A DNA stretch of 64,000 nucleotides, from the IMG/VR virus record IMGVR_UViG_3300037419_000317. One strand, given 5' to 3'. The notes under the pieces were generated by a model. The model was not told the DNA's origin and made no database searches. It was given only the letters and a program-made list of their open reading frames with translations. Below are positions 7,592 to 14,972 of the stretch, piece after piece; within the stretch, counting starts at the first letter, position 1, and each line of letters begins with the position of its first letter. Position numbers and translations under genes: made by a program. Origin of the DNA: a virus.

Positions 7592-7948
7592 ATGAAAAAA
7601 GAACTCATTGCGACTATTGCACAGAAACTCAAATCTTACGGTTACACTGTCTACATTTCCAAAAGCGGAGAATATGGGTTCTACACTGATGGAAACAAAG
7701 TAGTGAGCTTTGGCGGTTATTGGAATTTTAGCGTTGATTTTTCAGGTAATTACAACTCTCGCAATTGCGGCACGGGTTGGCAGCTTGAAGGCGGCAAGGA
7801 ATTGACCGATATTGACGAACACACTGCGGAGGCATTTATTAAGGCAACTGCTCCGCGATGGGCAACCAAAGGCGAAGTAGTTACATACACCACGCCAGAG
7901 CTACACTTGCGCACTTACGGCAACAGTTCAGGATACACAGAATTCTAA
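7592..7948 (+). CDS. hypothetical protein (118 aa)
   Basis: ORF track. Same-strand packing. Confidence 0.6.
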   Translation: MKKELIATIAQKLKSYGYTVYISKSGEYGFYTDGNKVVSFGGYWNFSVDFSGNYNSRNCGTGWQLEGGKELTDIDEHTAEAFIKATAPRWATKGEVVTYTTPELHLRTYGNSSGYTEF

Positions 7949-7976
7949 AGAAACTCGCACAACAGGACAAAACAAA

Positions 7977-8198
7977 ATGGCATCTCCTAAAATCGGATTT
8001 AAAGCTGTGCCAATGGAGCGTAGCGGATCACTCAATCCCCCGCGCCGCGTGCAATATGCCAAGTGGAACGGTGAACAGATGCGCGCACCAAAGAAAGGCG
8101 AGTATTTCATTTCTGGTGCAAGTGGGTATGAAGTGGCCTATCTTGCATATAATGACATGACATCGGAGTATTTTATTGCTGTGCCTTGCGAGGAGTGA
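7977..8198 (+). CDS. hypothetical protein (73 aa)
   Basis: AGGA SD. ORF track. Confidence 0.55.
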   Translation: MASPKIGFKAVPMERSGSLNPPRRVQYAKWNGEQMRAPKKGEYFISGASGYEVAYLAYNDMTSEYFIAVPCEE

Positions 8199-8201
8199 CA
8201 A

Positions 8202-8417
8202 ATGGCAACTTACAAAAACCCTTGGCACAAACCTCTTCAACCGATGTATGGCCCCGCAGAATACAGCACTAACGTAAAGCCGGAGGAATACAAAGGTTTC
8301 CTGATCTATGAGCGCATAGACGGCGCTTGCTGGGATGTTGTAAAAGATGGTGTTTGCATAACTCAACGGGCAGGGTTAAACGGTGCAAAACGATATATTG
8401 ACGAGGTAGCAAAATGA
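8202..8417 (+). CDS. hypothetical protein (71 aa)
   Basis: GAGGAG SD. ORF track. Confidence 0.6.
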   Translation: MATYKNPWHKPLQPMYGPAEYSTNVKPEEYKGFLIYERIDGACWDVVKDGVCITQRAGLNGAKRYIDEVAK

Positions 8418-8590
8418 ACCTCCCCGAATTTATCAAACTCGTCAATCTCGTCTTAAACGAGCGGCACAAACCAATGTCAGACGAGAACGAAGAACGGGCA
8501 ATTATTCCACTATGCTACTATCAAGGGAATACTGTAGCGGAATGTGTTGATATTGTATTAGCAGCTCGGACTGCACGGAAAGGAAATTAA
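8414..8590 (+). CDS. hypothetical protein (58 aa)
   Basis: ATGA overlap with the upstream stop. Hand-translated: 59 codons with no internal stop. Confidence 0.5.
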   Translation: MNLPEFIKLVNLVLNERHKPMSDENEERAIIPLCYYQGNTVAECVDIVLAARTARKGN

Positions 8591-8773
8591 ATGGTTCCAG
8601 ACGAAAAACTGGCCATAAAGGATAATGAAAAAGCCTGCAACACTTCCGATACGCAATACTGTACGAATACCTCCTTGCAAGCAAGGCGGCTGAAAATTGC
8701 CATTCGTTCCAAGCTGAAAAGGGAAGAGGACTTGGAAATCATGAAAGCTGCTGAAAGGATGTACGAACAATGA
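8591..8773 (+). CDS. hypothetical protein (60 aa)
   Basis: AAAGGAAA SD. ATG immediately follows the upstream TAA. Confidence 0.5.
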   Translation: MVPDEKLAIKDNEKACNTSDTQYCTNTSLQARRLKIAIRSKLKREEDLEIMKAAERMYEQ

Positions 8774-9051
8774 GCCGCTACACTGAAAAGCAACTTGTAG
8801 AACTCATCAGGCGAGTGAATGACATTACAGCATCGCCTGATACAGCTATGTCCTTTGGCCGTACAGAGCACAACACAGGGCACCACTACCTGAAACGCGG
8901 CAGGGATGGCTATATGCTGGCCCGTATAACGTCCGCTGAGGGCGATTGCTGCGATGTGTTCCGCGCAGGCTGGATGACTAAACCGGAGCTTGGCATGAGG
9001 CTGGATAGTTTCTTGTTAGGGCTTGACACTAAACATGAGGTTACACCATGA
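8770..9051 (+). CDS. hypothetical protein (93 aa)
   Basis: ATGA overlap with the upstream gene. Confidence 0.6.
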   Translation: MSRYTEKQLVELIRRVNDITASPDTAMSFGRTEHNTGHHYLKRGRDGYMLARITSAEGDCCDVFRAGWMTKPELGMRLDSFLLGLDTKHEVTP

Positions 9052-9674
9052 ACAAACAAAAACTGTCGCATGAAGAACAGAAAGCCAAAGAGGAAGCTTT
9101 GCGCAAGCTTTTCGTGCAGAACAACAAAAGGCTTTCCGCAATCATCAAACCGCTAAGACAGTCGGTGTATTCCTGCGACCATGATTGGAGCTATGTCACA
9201 AGGGCGCTGGAAGGGTATGCAAAAGATTATGGCATGCTGGAGCTTAATCCAGACTTCCAGCGCGGGCACGTATGGACGCACGATCAACAGGTGCATTACA
9301 TCGAAAATGCTTTGCGCGGAATTGTGGCACAGTCGGCTTTTGTGGTGCAATTCAATTGCCCTAATTGGGATAATGAAAACTACACCGGAGATTTGCCTAA
9401 AGGTTTTCAATGTATTGATGGATTGCAGCGCCTTACGGCTGTGGAGAAATTTTTTGCTGGTGATGTGCGCCCTTTCGGGCTTGTCCCTGATGACTTGAAC
9501 GTTAGTAGCTTTGCTGTAAAGACTCGCTTTAGGTTTAAGTTCGAAATCTTCAACTTCCAGATCAAAGCTGACTTGCTGCGCCACTATCTAGACCTGAACG
9601 CCGGGGGAACGCCACACAGCAAGGAAGAAATTGAACGTGTGCGCAAAATGTTGTCTGATGCTAGTGTGGCTTAG
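9048..9674 (+). CDS. DUF262 / ParB-like nuclease-domain protein (208 aa)
   Basis: Motifs LNPDFQRGHVW and IDGLQRLTA match the QR..W and DGQQR signatures of DUF262 (the GmrSD N-terminal domain family) by eye. ATGA overlap. Confidence 0.6.
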   Translation: MNKQKLSHEEQKAKEEALRKLFVQNNKRLSAIIKPLRQSVYSCDHDWSYVTRALEGYAKDYGMLELNPDFQRGHVWTHDQQVHYIENALRGIVAQSAFVVQFNCPNWDNENYTGDLPKGFQCIDGLQRLTAVEKFFAGDVRPFGLVPDDLNVSSFAVKTRFRFKFEIFNFQIKADLLRHYLDLNAGGTPHSKEEIERVRKMLSDASVA

Positions 9675-9706
9675 AAACAACAACATAAGAATTTATAAGA
9701 AAGTTG

Positions 9707-9735
9707 TTGACAGGGGCTGTAGAGCTTGCTATGCT
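9707..9735 (+). promoter_or_regulatory. sigma70-like promoter
   Basis: TTGACA-N17-TATGCT. AT-rich ATAAGAATTTATAAGAAAG upstream. Confidence 0.65.
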
Positions 9736-9784
9736 GTTTTACATGGACGCGGCGCATGGGGCGCTGTTACACTAGGAGAGAAAA

Positions 9785-9976
9785 ATGAAATTTGCATACC
9801 AAAGCTCTAACTATCCTACCGGCTACGATGTCCCGATGGTTTGCGAGAAACTGTATGGCAAGAAGGAAGGCCCGTATCTCGTTAGTATCAACGGTGCAAT
9901 TCATTTCTTCGCCGTATGCGATGACTTCGGCAACCTGCTAGGTCCGAATGATGCACTCCGCAGGCTGGCCGCTTAA
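9785..9976 (+). CDS. hypothetical protein (63 aa)
   Basis: AGGAGAG SD. ORF track. Confidence 0.6.
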   Translation: MKFAYQSSNYPTGYDVPMVCEKLYGKKEGPYLVSINGAIHFFAVCDDFGNLLGPNDALRRLAA

Positions 9977-10004
9977 AATTCTTACTTATGCCTGTTAAAA
10001 TATC

Positions 10005-10033
10005 TTGACAGGCATTGTTAAGTGTTTTATGCT
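10005..10033 (+). promoter_or_regulatory. sigma70-like promoter
   Basis: TTGACA-N17-TATGCT. AAATTCTTA motif upstream. Confidence 0.65.
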
Positions 10034-10060
10034 TCTAGACATAACAACAAGGAGCCAGAA

Positions 10061-10258
10061 ATGATTAATCCACGCACAGGCAACACTTTCCGCTTCGATT
10101 GGATGAAAGCCGAGCAGTGGACATGCAAGGAAATCAAAGCAACGTTTAATGTCCCTCGTGCAATTGGCTACCATATCCAAGAGGTTGCACAGACGGAAGC
10201 GCAAGCATGGGAAATTGCCAAAGCGCACAAAGAGTTGACACAACAGATTGGTTTCTAA
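10061..10258 (+). CDS. hypothetical protein (65 aa)
   Basis: AAGGAG SD. Internal ATG of track ORF 10022-10258. Confidence 0.6.
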   Translation: MINPRTGNTFRFDWMKAEQWTCKEIKATFNVPRAIGYHIQEVAQTEAQAWEIAKAHKELTQQIGF

Positions 10259-10269
10259 CAGGGGCTGAA

Positions 10270-10458
10270 ATGAAAACTTACCGCTTTGGTAACGACTGTC
10301 TAGGCAATACTCCGCATGCTGTGACAATGGAGGGCACTTGCTACCAAGACATCTATGCACAAAAAGATAAAGCCTACTACAACACCCAAACGGAACAGTG
10401 TGGTAGCGTGTACAAAGGGGAAGACGGAGAATTGCATTTCAAACCATACCCGATCTGA
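10270..10458 (+). CDS. hypothetical protein (62 aa)
   Basis: Internal ATG of track ORF 10207-10458, after GGGGCTGAA. Confidence 0.5.
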   Translation: MKTYRFGNDCLGNTPHAVTMEGTCYQDIYAQKDKAYYNTQTEQCGSVYKGEDGELHFKPYPI

Positions 10459-10465
10459 GGGTAGT

Positions 10466-10624
10466 ATGGACAAAGAATTTTATGTAGGATGTGTAATTGC
10501 TCTACTTGGACGCGGCCTCGAACGACAAGAGTTTGAACTGGTGCTTGAAGCGTACAACGATAGAAAGAAGATTGACGAAGCTTTGCAGTATATCAAAACA
10601 GGGGCTAGCTTGAGGGAATTTTAA
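10466..10624 (+). CDS. hypothetical protein (52 aa)
   Basis: GAGGG SD. Internal ATG of track ORF 10355-10624. Confidence 0.5.
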   Translation: MDKEFYVGCVIALLGRGLERQEFELVLEAYNDRKKIDEALQYIKTGASLREF

Positions 10625-10625
10625 A

Positions 10626-10793
10626 ATGTACATGACTGCACGTGAGCAGGCAATGCAATTTGCCCAGCAACAAGGGTATAACGCATTTCCTTACGGGGTG
10701 TTGCCAGCTATCTATCGTGGGGATAGCGCAAAACATCTAAAAGACGCTTGGAATGCTGGGTACAATCAAGCTAAGCAAGAACGATATCTTTAA
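10626..10793 (+). CDS. small protein with ribosome-modulation-factor-like pattern (55 aa)
   Basis: Hand-translated as MYMTAREQAMQFAQQQGYNAFPYG...KDAWNAGYNQAKQERYL. The GY.A...G...W.AGY.QA spacing recalls Rmf. Confidence 0.45.
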   Translation: MYMTAREQAMQFAQQQGYNAFPYGVLPAIYRGDSAKHLKDAWNAGYNQAKQERYL

Positions 10794-10812
10794 ATCTACT
10801 GAGGGCTTGAAC

Positions 10813-11040
10813 ATGGTTATGAAATGGCAAGAAAGAACAAACGTTCGTATTCCCGTTACTATGAGTTTCGCGCAAGTTGTATTGCATGGTGCAAAAGACG
10901 ACGAAATAGACGAACTAAGAGCGTTGAATAACGAGCTTTTGAAGCTTGTACAGACAGCAAACGATGCTCTTCACGGCACGCACACGAAGGCATGGCAGAA
11001 TAAGGCTAAAGAAGTGCTTGCTAAGATCAAGGGAGCTTGA
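10813..11040 (+). CDS. hypothetical protein (75 aa)
   Basis: GAGGG SD. Internal ATG of track ORF 10753-11040. Confidence 0.55.
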   Translation: MVMKWQERTNVRIPVTMSFAQVVLHGAKDDEIDELRALNNELLKLVQTANDALHGTHTKAWQNKAKEVLAKIKGA

Positions 11041-11042
11041 AC

Positions 11043-11159
11043 ATGCCTCGCCCTCTAGTAACTGCTACCCTGCTGCTGGCTGTCTTTGTTTGCCTCGACC
11101 AAGGGCTGAACGATGGTGGAGCGACAAGGGCTGTTGTACACCTATTGCTTGCTCGTTGA
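11043..11159 (+). CDS. possible small hydrophobic peptide (38 aa)
   Basis: ATG 2 nt after the upstream stop. LLLAVFVC hydrophobic stretch. Short. Confidence 0.3.
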   Translation: MPRPLVTATLLLAVFVCLDQGLNDGGATRAVVHLLLAR

Positions 11160-11171
11160 AAGGAAGACTAA

Positions 11172-11354
11172 ATGTCTGATACTTGCGTTGCCGGGATGAC
11201 TAAAGAGCTTTTGGAGGCTTTGATGCTTGCAAAGCTTGGTCTTGAGGCCCATTTGGAACACTATAAAGGGCATGAAGGATACACGCTGTTTTTCTCTACA
11301 TCGATTGCTTTAGATAAAATCAACCAAGTAATTGCCAAAGCCGAAGGAGAATAA
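11172..11354 (+). CDS. hypothetical protein (60 aa)
   Basis: AAAGGAAG SD. ORF track. Confidence 0.55.
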   Translation: MSDTCVAGMTKELLEALMLAKLGLEAHLEHYKGHEGYTLFFSTSIALDKINQVIAKAEGE

Positions 11355-11355
11355 A

Positions 11356-11487
11356 ATGTTCTTGTTTAAACGAAAAGCAGGCAGCAATGCCGGGTGGGAA
11401 TTTGTGGCAGGCGTGGAGAATGTCCCGCGCGAACTCACCGAAGCTAATACGGAATACTGCTACTTCTTCATCAGTACGGAAATCTGA
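11356..11487 (+). CDS. hypothetical small protein (43 aa)
   Basis: ATG 1 nt after the upstream TAA. Hand-translated. Confidence 0.4.
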   Translation: MFLFKRKAGSNAGWEFVAGVENVPRELTEANTEYCYFFISTEI

Positions 11488-11497
11488 GGAAAATAAA

Positions 11498-11647
11498 ATG
11501 TCTAACGCCTATCGTGCTGGCTATTCTGCTTATTACTTCGGTGGATCGTGCCGCACAGCCAACCCTTACATTCCCGGCACAGAGTCTTACATTGCATGGG
11601 ATAGCGGCTGGATGGCTTGCCAATTTGAACAGATGCAGGATGAATAA
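11498..11647 (+). CDS. small protein with ribosome-modulation-factor-like pattern (49 aa)
   Basis: MSNAYRAGYSAYYFGGSCRTANPYIPGTESYIAWDSGWMAC. Compare Rmf GYQAG..G....CPY.....W..GW. Internal ATG of track ORF 11387-11647. Confidence 0.5.
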   Translation: MSNAYRAGYSAYYFGGSCRTANPYIPGTESYIAWDSGWMACQFEQMQDE

Positions 11648-11656
11648 GAGGATATC

Positions 11657-11857
11657 ATGACGCTCTCAGCAGAAGCACGGTATTACATTGGTAAGCGGGA
11701 AACCCTTTCGGTTTCCGAGACGGATATTGTTGACGAAGCATTCCGCACGCTTTATAGGGAGTGCAGATATCTCGGCATTCCCGCTGCTACAGACGACAGG
11801 GCAGCAGAGCTTGAAGCGGCTATGATTAAGTTCATCCTTGACAGCCGAGGTGGTTAA
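11657..11857 (+). CDS. hypothetical protein (66 aa)
   Basis: AGAGGA SD. ORF track. Confidence 0.6.
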   Translation: MTLSAEARYYIGKRETLSVSETDIVDEAFRTLYRECRYLGIPAATDDRAAELEAAMIKFILDSRGG

Positions 11858-12033
11858 TGTACAAAGTCATTAGCCTGTCTAGCCCTACCTCTGACTTACC
11901 AAAAGATGTGGAAGAATTTGCAGACGAATTGGATGCAAAAGAGTATGCCTACCACATGAAAGATTGTGGACATTACGTCGTGGTGTATTTTGGTGAAGCT
12001 TTCAAATATTCGTTAGATGGTAGATTAAACTAA
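11857..12033 (+). CDS. hypothetical protein (58 aa)
   Basis: TAATG overlap. Hand-translated: 59 codons. Confidence 0.5.
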   Translation: MYKVISLSSPTSDLPKDVEEFADELDAKEYAYHMKDCGHYVVVYFGEAFKYSLDGRLN

Positions 12034-12118
12034 TTTTAAGGCCCTACAAGCGCTTTTAAATGCTTGGACATCAAAACATACAGGCTCAAGCTGTTCGCGT
12101 CTACTAGGGGCCTTAAAA
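12034..12118. repeat. long-range inverted repeat TTTTAAGGCCC ... GGGGCCTTAAAA
   Basis: 11-bp arms at 12034-12044 and 12107-12118, 62 nt apart, filling the intergenic gap. Confidence 0.7.
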
Positions 12119-12145
12119 GCTGTTTAAACACTATTTGGAGGGAAT

Positions 12146-12331
12146 ATGCTCTTCGTCGTAATCCGCAAGCCAAAACCAAAGTATCTTGGCATGTACCGTC
12201 ATGTTTTCGCCATTGTCGAAGCTACAACGAAAACAGATGCTGTAAGGAAATGCAATCTTGATTTTAAGGATTTGGACTACTCTAAAGCTGTAGCAGAGCC
12301 GTTAGAGATTGGCAAGCAATATTGGCTTTAA
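12146..12331 (+). CDS. hypothetical protein (61 aa)
   Basis: GGAGGG SD. ORF track. Confidence 0.6.
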   Translation: MLFVVIRKPKPKYLGMYRHVFAIVEATTKTDAVRKCNLDFKDLDYSKAVAEPLEIGKQYWL

Positions 12332-12343
12332 TTGGAGGGAAGA

Positions 12344-12571
12344 ATGAAAGTAACCGTAGAATCAAAAGACAATGCCTTTGCAGAGGGCGAGCTTGTTTGT
12401 CTCAAAACAGACACTAGTGATGTTTTTCTTGTAACTTGTGCAGCAGAAGGGTATAGTGAACCAGAAGACGACACTTTTTGGGCTATCAATTTAACTGGAT
12501 GCCGAAGAAGTGGGAATTATCAGAAAGACCTTTTCCAGCGTTTTGCAGGCACTATCACGATTGAAGTGTGA
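12344..12571 (+). CDS. hypothetical protein (75 aa)
   Basis: GGAGGGAAG SD. Internal ATG of track ORF 12332-12571. Confidence 0.6.
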   Translation: MKVTVESKDNAFAEGELVCLKTDTSDVFLVTCAAEGYSEPEDDTFWAINLTGCRRSGNYQKDLFQRFAGTITIEV

Positions 12572-12602
12572 ATAGAACGACTTAAACAACAAGGAGCTAG
12601 TC

Positions 12603-13034
12603 ATGAATAAATCGTTGTTCTTTGCAGCATTCCTTTCTGTCTCTCTTGCAGGTTGCGGAGGCGGTGGAGCAAGCGTTCCTGACAATTCTCAAGCCATCTC
12701 TGATGCCTTGCACAACATCAACATTCCCGGCGTCCCTAGCACGCCAGCAGCGCCCTTTACAGGCGCTTTTCTGGCTGTCAATGGGGTGTCTGTAGGGTGG
12801 GTGGCAGGGAAAGACCCGTATGACGCTGTATCGGCCGCTGTAACGCCTGTCATAGACCATCCTAGCACCTACCCTGATCTGTATAAGCTGCTGCTGAGCG
12901 ATGCGGGGCTAAAGGTGGTTGTTTATGGGAAAATTACAGGGACTAGCCCCTTGGGGGTTGTCCAGCATGATCCCGATGTGACGTACACGGCTAAGCTGAT
13001 GGCTGATGGGCTTCATATTGTACAAGGAGGGTAG
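12603..13034 (+). CDS. predicted lipoprotein (143 aa)
   Basis: AAGGAG SD. Signal peptide plus lipobox: MNKSLFFAAFLSVSLAGC followed by GGGG. Confidence 0.7.
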   Translation: MNKSLFFAAFLSVSLAGCGGGGASVPDNSQAISDALHNINIPGVPSTPAAPFTGAFLAVNGVSVGWVAGKDPYDAVSAAVTPVIDHPSTYPDLYKLLLSDAGLKVVVYGKITGTSPLGVVQHDPDVTYTAKLMADGLHIVQGG

Positions 13035-13035
13035 G

Positions 13036-13191
13036 ATGGTTCCGAAAGTGATTATTGATCCGTATGGGGATTTAATTGATATTCAGTTCACTCTAGCCGA
13101 TGATTGCAAGTTTGATGCTGTGCTAGATGTAAAAGAGGCGCAAGAGCTTGTCAAGAGGTTGCAGGAAGCTATTGCGAAGGCGGGGGAATGA
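13036..13191 (+). CDS. hypothetical protein (51 aa)
   Basis: GGAGGG SD. Internal ATG of track ORF 13006-13191. Confidence 0.5.
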   Translation: MVPKVIIDPYGDLIDIQFTLADDCKFDAVLDVKEAQELVKRLQEAIAKAGE

Positions 13192-13198
13192 ATAGCAG

Positions 13199-13225
13199 GG
13201 GCCGCGTAAGCGGCCTTTGTTGTTT
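13199..13225 (+). terminator. rho-independent terminator (GGCCGC-GTAA-GCGGCC family)
   Basis: Hairpin followed by TTTGTTGTTTG. Nearly identical to 14274-14300. Confidence 0.75.
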
Positions 13226-13247
13226 GTACGCCACACATAAAATTCTT

Positions 13248-13276
13248 ATTGACACTGGCTTTTAGTGTGGTTATAT
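13248..13276 (+). promoter_or_regulatory. sigma70-like promoter
   Basis: TTGACA-N17-TATATT. AAAATTCTTA immediately upstream. Confidence 0.65.
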
Positions 13277-13308
13277 TATGTCTTGTAGGATCACAAACAA
13301 AGGAGAGT

Positions 13309-13446
13309 ATGATGAATAACAAGCAATTTTTTGCCCTAGTGAAAAAGTTTGGTGGTTGGGTGGAAGGCGACATTGCCCGCTTCCCCACTGTGTACCAAAA
13401 GCAACAATTCGAGCAAGCATATGAGGAAGCGATGAGGAATGATTGA
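13309..13446 (+). CDS. hypothetical protein (45 aa)
   Basis: AAGGAGAG SD. Internal ATG of track ORF 13249-13446, whose 5' part overlaps the promoter. Confidence 0.5.
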   Translation: MMNNKQFFALVKKFGGWVEGDIARFPTVYQKQQFEQAYEEAMRND

Positions 13447-13503
13447 AGAGAGGGGCCGCTTGCGCGGCCTGTTAGAACAAAAAGGCACTTCAAGGAGAAG
13501 AAA

Positions 13504-13833
13504 ATGAACACTAAAGAGCTGTACAAAGCTTTGGAAGATGCAGGTTGGAGCATCGGTAGCCAGATTGATAAGTCTACTGGCGTCTCGTGGTATGCCTACA
13601 AACGGCTGGTGGGGGCTAAAGATTGCTCTTACAATGGCAAGGCACCGTGTTTGGTAATTACGCCTCAGTCTGTCGAGTTCTTTCAGTCTGTTGAGTTCTC
13701 TGTGCGGGGACAGATGAGCAACGGCATGTGGGCTGACTTCAAGGTGTACTACGGCATTCAGTTTGAGGATGCCTTGCCGAAAGAGGAAGAGATTGCCAGT
13801 GTTCTGCGTACGGCTTGGGATGCTGTAGCGTAG
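13504..13833 (+). CDS. hypothetical protein (109 aa)
   Basis: AAGGAGAAG SD. ORF track. Confidence 0.65.
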   Translation: MNTKELYKALEDAGWSIGSQIDKSTGVSWYAYKRLVGAKDCSYNGKAPCLVITPQSVEFFQSVEFSVRGQMSNGMWADFKVYYGIQFEDALPKEEEIASVLRTAWDAVA

Positions 13834-13850
13834 GTTAACGAAAGAAAGCC

Positions 13851-14267
13851 ATGAAAACTATCTCCCAAGAACAATGGTATGGCCTCTGTGACATGGGGTC
13901 TGGAAAGCCTGTCCCATTGGCACAAGCTGACTTGTCGAAATCCTTCGTCTATCACAGGGAGTATGGCGTGTTTCCTGTCAACTTTGGAGCACATCAGCAA
14001 GTGATGGCGCTTCTGTATGCTTGGCATCATGGGTATGCAGAGCATGGGCGGCACGCCGCTTATGAGATGCTTCACGATCTGAGAGAGCAAGGGAAAGCAA
14101 AACCATTATCTGATGCGTCCCTGTTGGCTGACAAGTTCTTAGAGGAGATTGAAGGCACGGCTTTTAGGTCTTCCGTTGGAAAGAAGGTTAATGCTGGAAA
14201 GCGTGGTAATCTTACGGTAATTGAAAAGCGGTGGTTTGGTGAAATTACTTACTTGATGGATGATTGA
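13851..14267 (+). CDS. hypothetical protein (138 aa)
   Basis: ORF track. Same-strand packing. Confidence 0.6.
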   Translation: MKTISQEQWYGLCDMGSGKPVPLAQADLSKSFVYHREYGVFPVNFGAHQQVMALLYAWHHGYAEHGRHAAYEMLHDLREQGKAKPLSDASLLADKFLEEIEGTAFRSSVGKKVNAGKRGNLTVIEKRWFGEITYLMDD

Positions 14268-14273
14268 TAAGGG

Positions 14274-14300
14274 GGCCGCGTAAGCGGCCTTTGTTATTTC
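14274..14300. terminator. terminator hairpin between convergent genes
   Basis: GGCCGC-GTAA-GCGGCC followed by TTTGTTATTTC. Lies between 13851-14267 (+) and 14308-14619 (-). Confidence 0.7.
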
Positions 14301-14307
14301 TGGCTAC

Positions 14308-14619
14308 CTATCTACCAAATTCCTTTTCCAGCGCCTTACAGGCCACTCTAAGCAACGCTGTGAGCTTCTTTGCGTAGCTGTTACTCTTCCCTGTTGCTTC
14401 CATCACTGAGGAAGTCTTAACAACTGGCAGAGTAGAAATCAGTACATATAGCAGGTTACGCGAGACAGGACGAACGTTACCACCCAAGTCTAGATTGGAG
14501 ACACCTGTAATTACATCGTCTACAAAAGGATAGTCGTCACAAGCTTGACCGTACAGAGGGTATCCTATGAGTTCTTCTACAAGGAAGGAATTGTTATATT
14601 CATATTCTTTCTTAGCCAT
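14308..14619 (-). CDS. hypothetical protein, possible HTH DNA-binding (103 aa)
   Basis: AAAGGAA SD. The only leftward gene in the 17-kb rightward arm. The C-terminal TSSVMEATGKSNSYAKKLTALLRVA looks helix-turn-helix-like. Abuts the repeat array. Confidence 0.6.
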   Translation of the reverse strand: MAKKEYEYNNSFLVEELIGYPLYGQACDDYPFVDDVITGVSNLDLGGNVRPVSRNLLYVLISTLPVVKTSSVMEATGKSNSYAKKLTALLRVACKALEKEFGR

Positions 14620-14644
14620 ACATTCCTTTCTTTAAAGCAATAAA

Positions 14645-14813
14645 TCATAAAGATCACCTATAGAGTGTGAGAGAGCTATCGACAGATAGCGAACGACTGT
14701 ACAGGAGAATTCTGCAGGTCTTCTAGGTGAACATGGCAGAAATTCATAAAGATCACCTATAATAAGGGAAGCCCGACAGGGCGACCCTGTAGAGGATTCA
14801 TAAAGATCACCTA
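14645..14813. repeat. three direct copies of TCATAAAGATCACCTA (iteron-like), each with a GATC
   Basis: Exact 16-mers at 14645-14660, 14744-14759 and 14798-14813. Copy 3 is flanked by CCTGTAGAGG at 14786 and 14823. Confidence 0.9.
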
Positions 14814-14900
14814 ATAGAAGCTCCTGTAGAGGAAACCGGCAGTATATCATAGAAGTTCTTTAGAGGCCACCCGACGACAACTGTTAGAATCTTCTACAAT

Positions 14901-14972
14901 CCTGTAAAGTAAAGTAGATTTATGATAGTAAGAGAGCGAAAGCGAACTTAAAACTGTAAAGATCCTGTAAAG
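14901..14972. repeat. short direct repeats CCTGTAAAG / CTGTAAAGATC in an AT-rich segment
   Basis: CCTGTAAAG at 14901 and 14964. CTGTAAAGATCC at 14954 carries a fourth GATC. Confidence 0.7.

Noticed and set aside
14645-14813. Possible mini-CRISPR array or solitary CRISPR-repeat RNA.
   Set aside because: There are only three repeats of about 16-20 bp, with unequal spacing (99 and 54 bp). The repeats have no palindromic core. No cas genes or leader are present. Iteron or operator repeats fit better.
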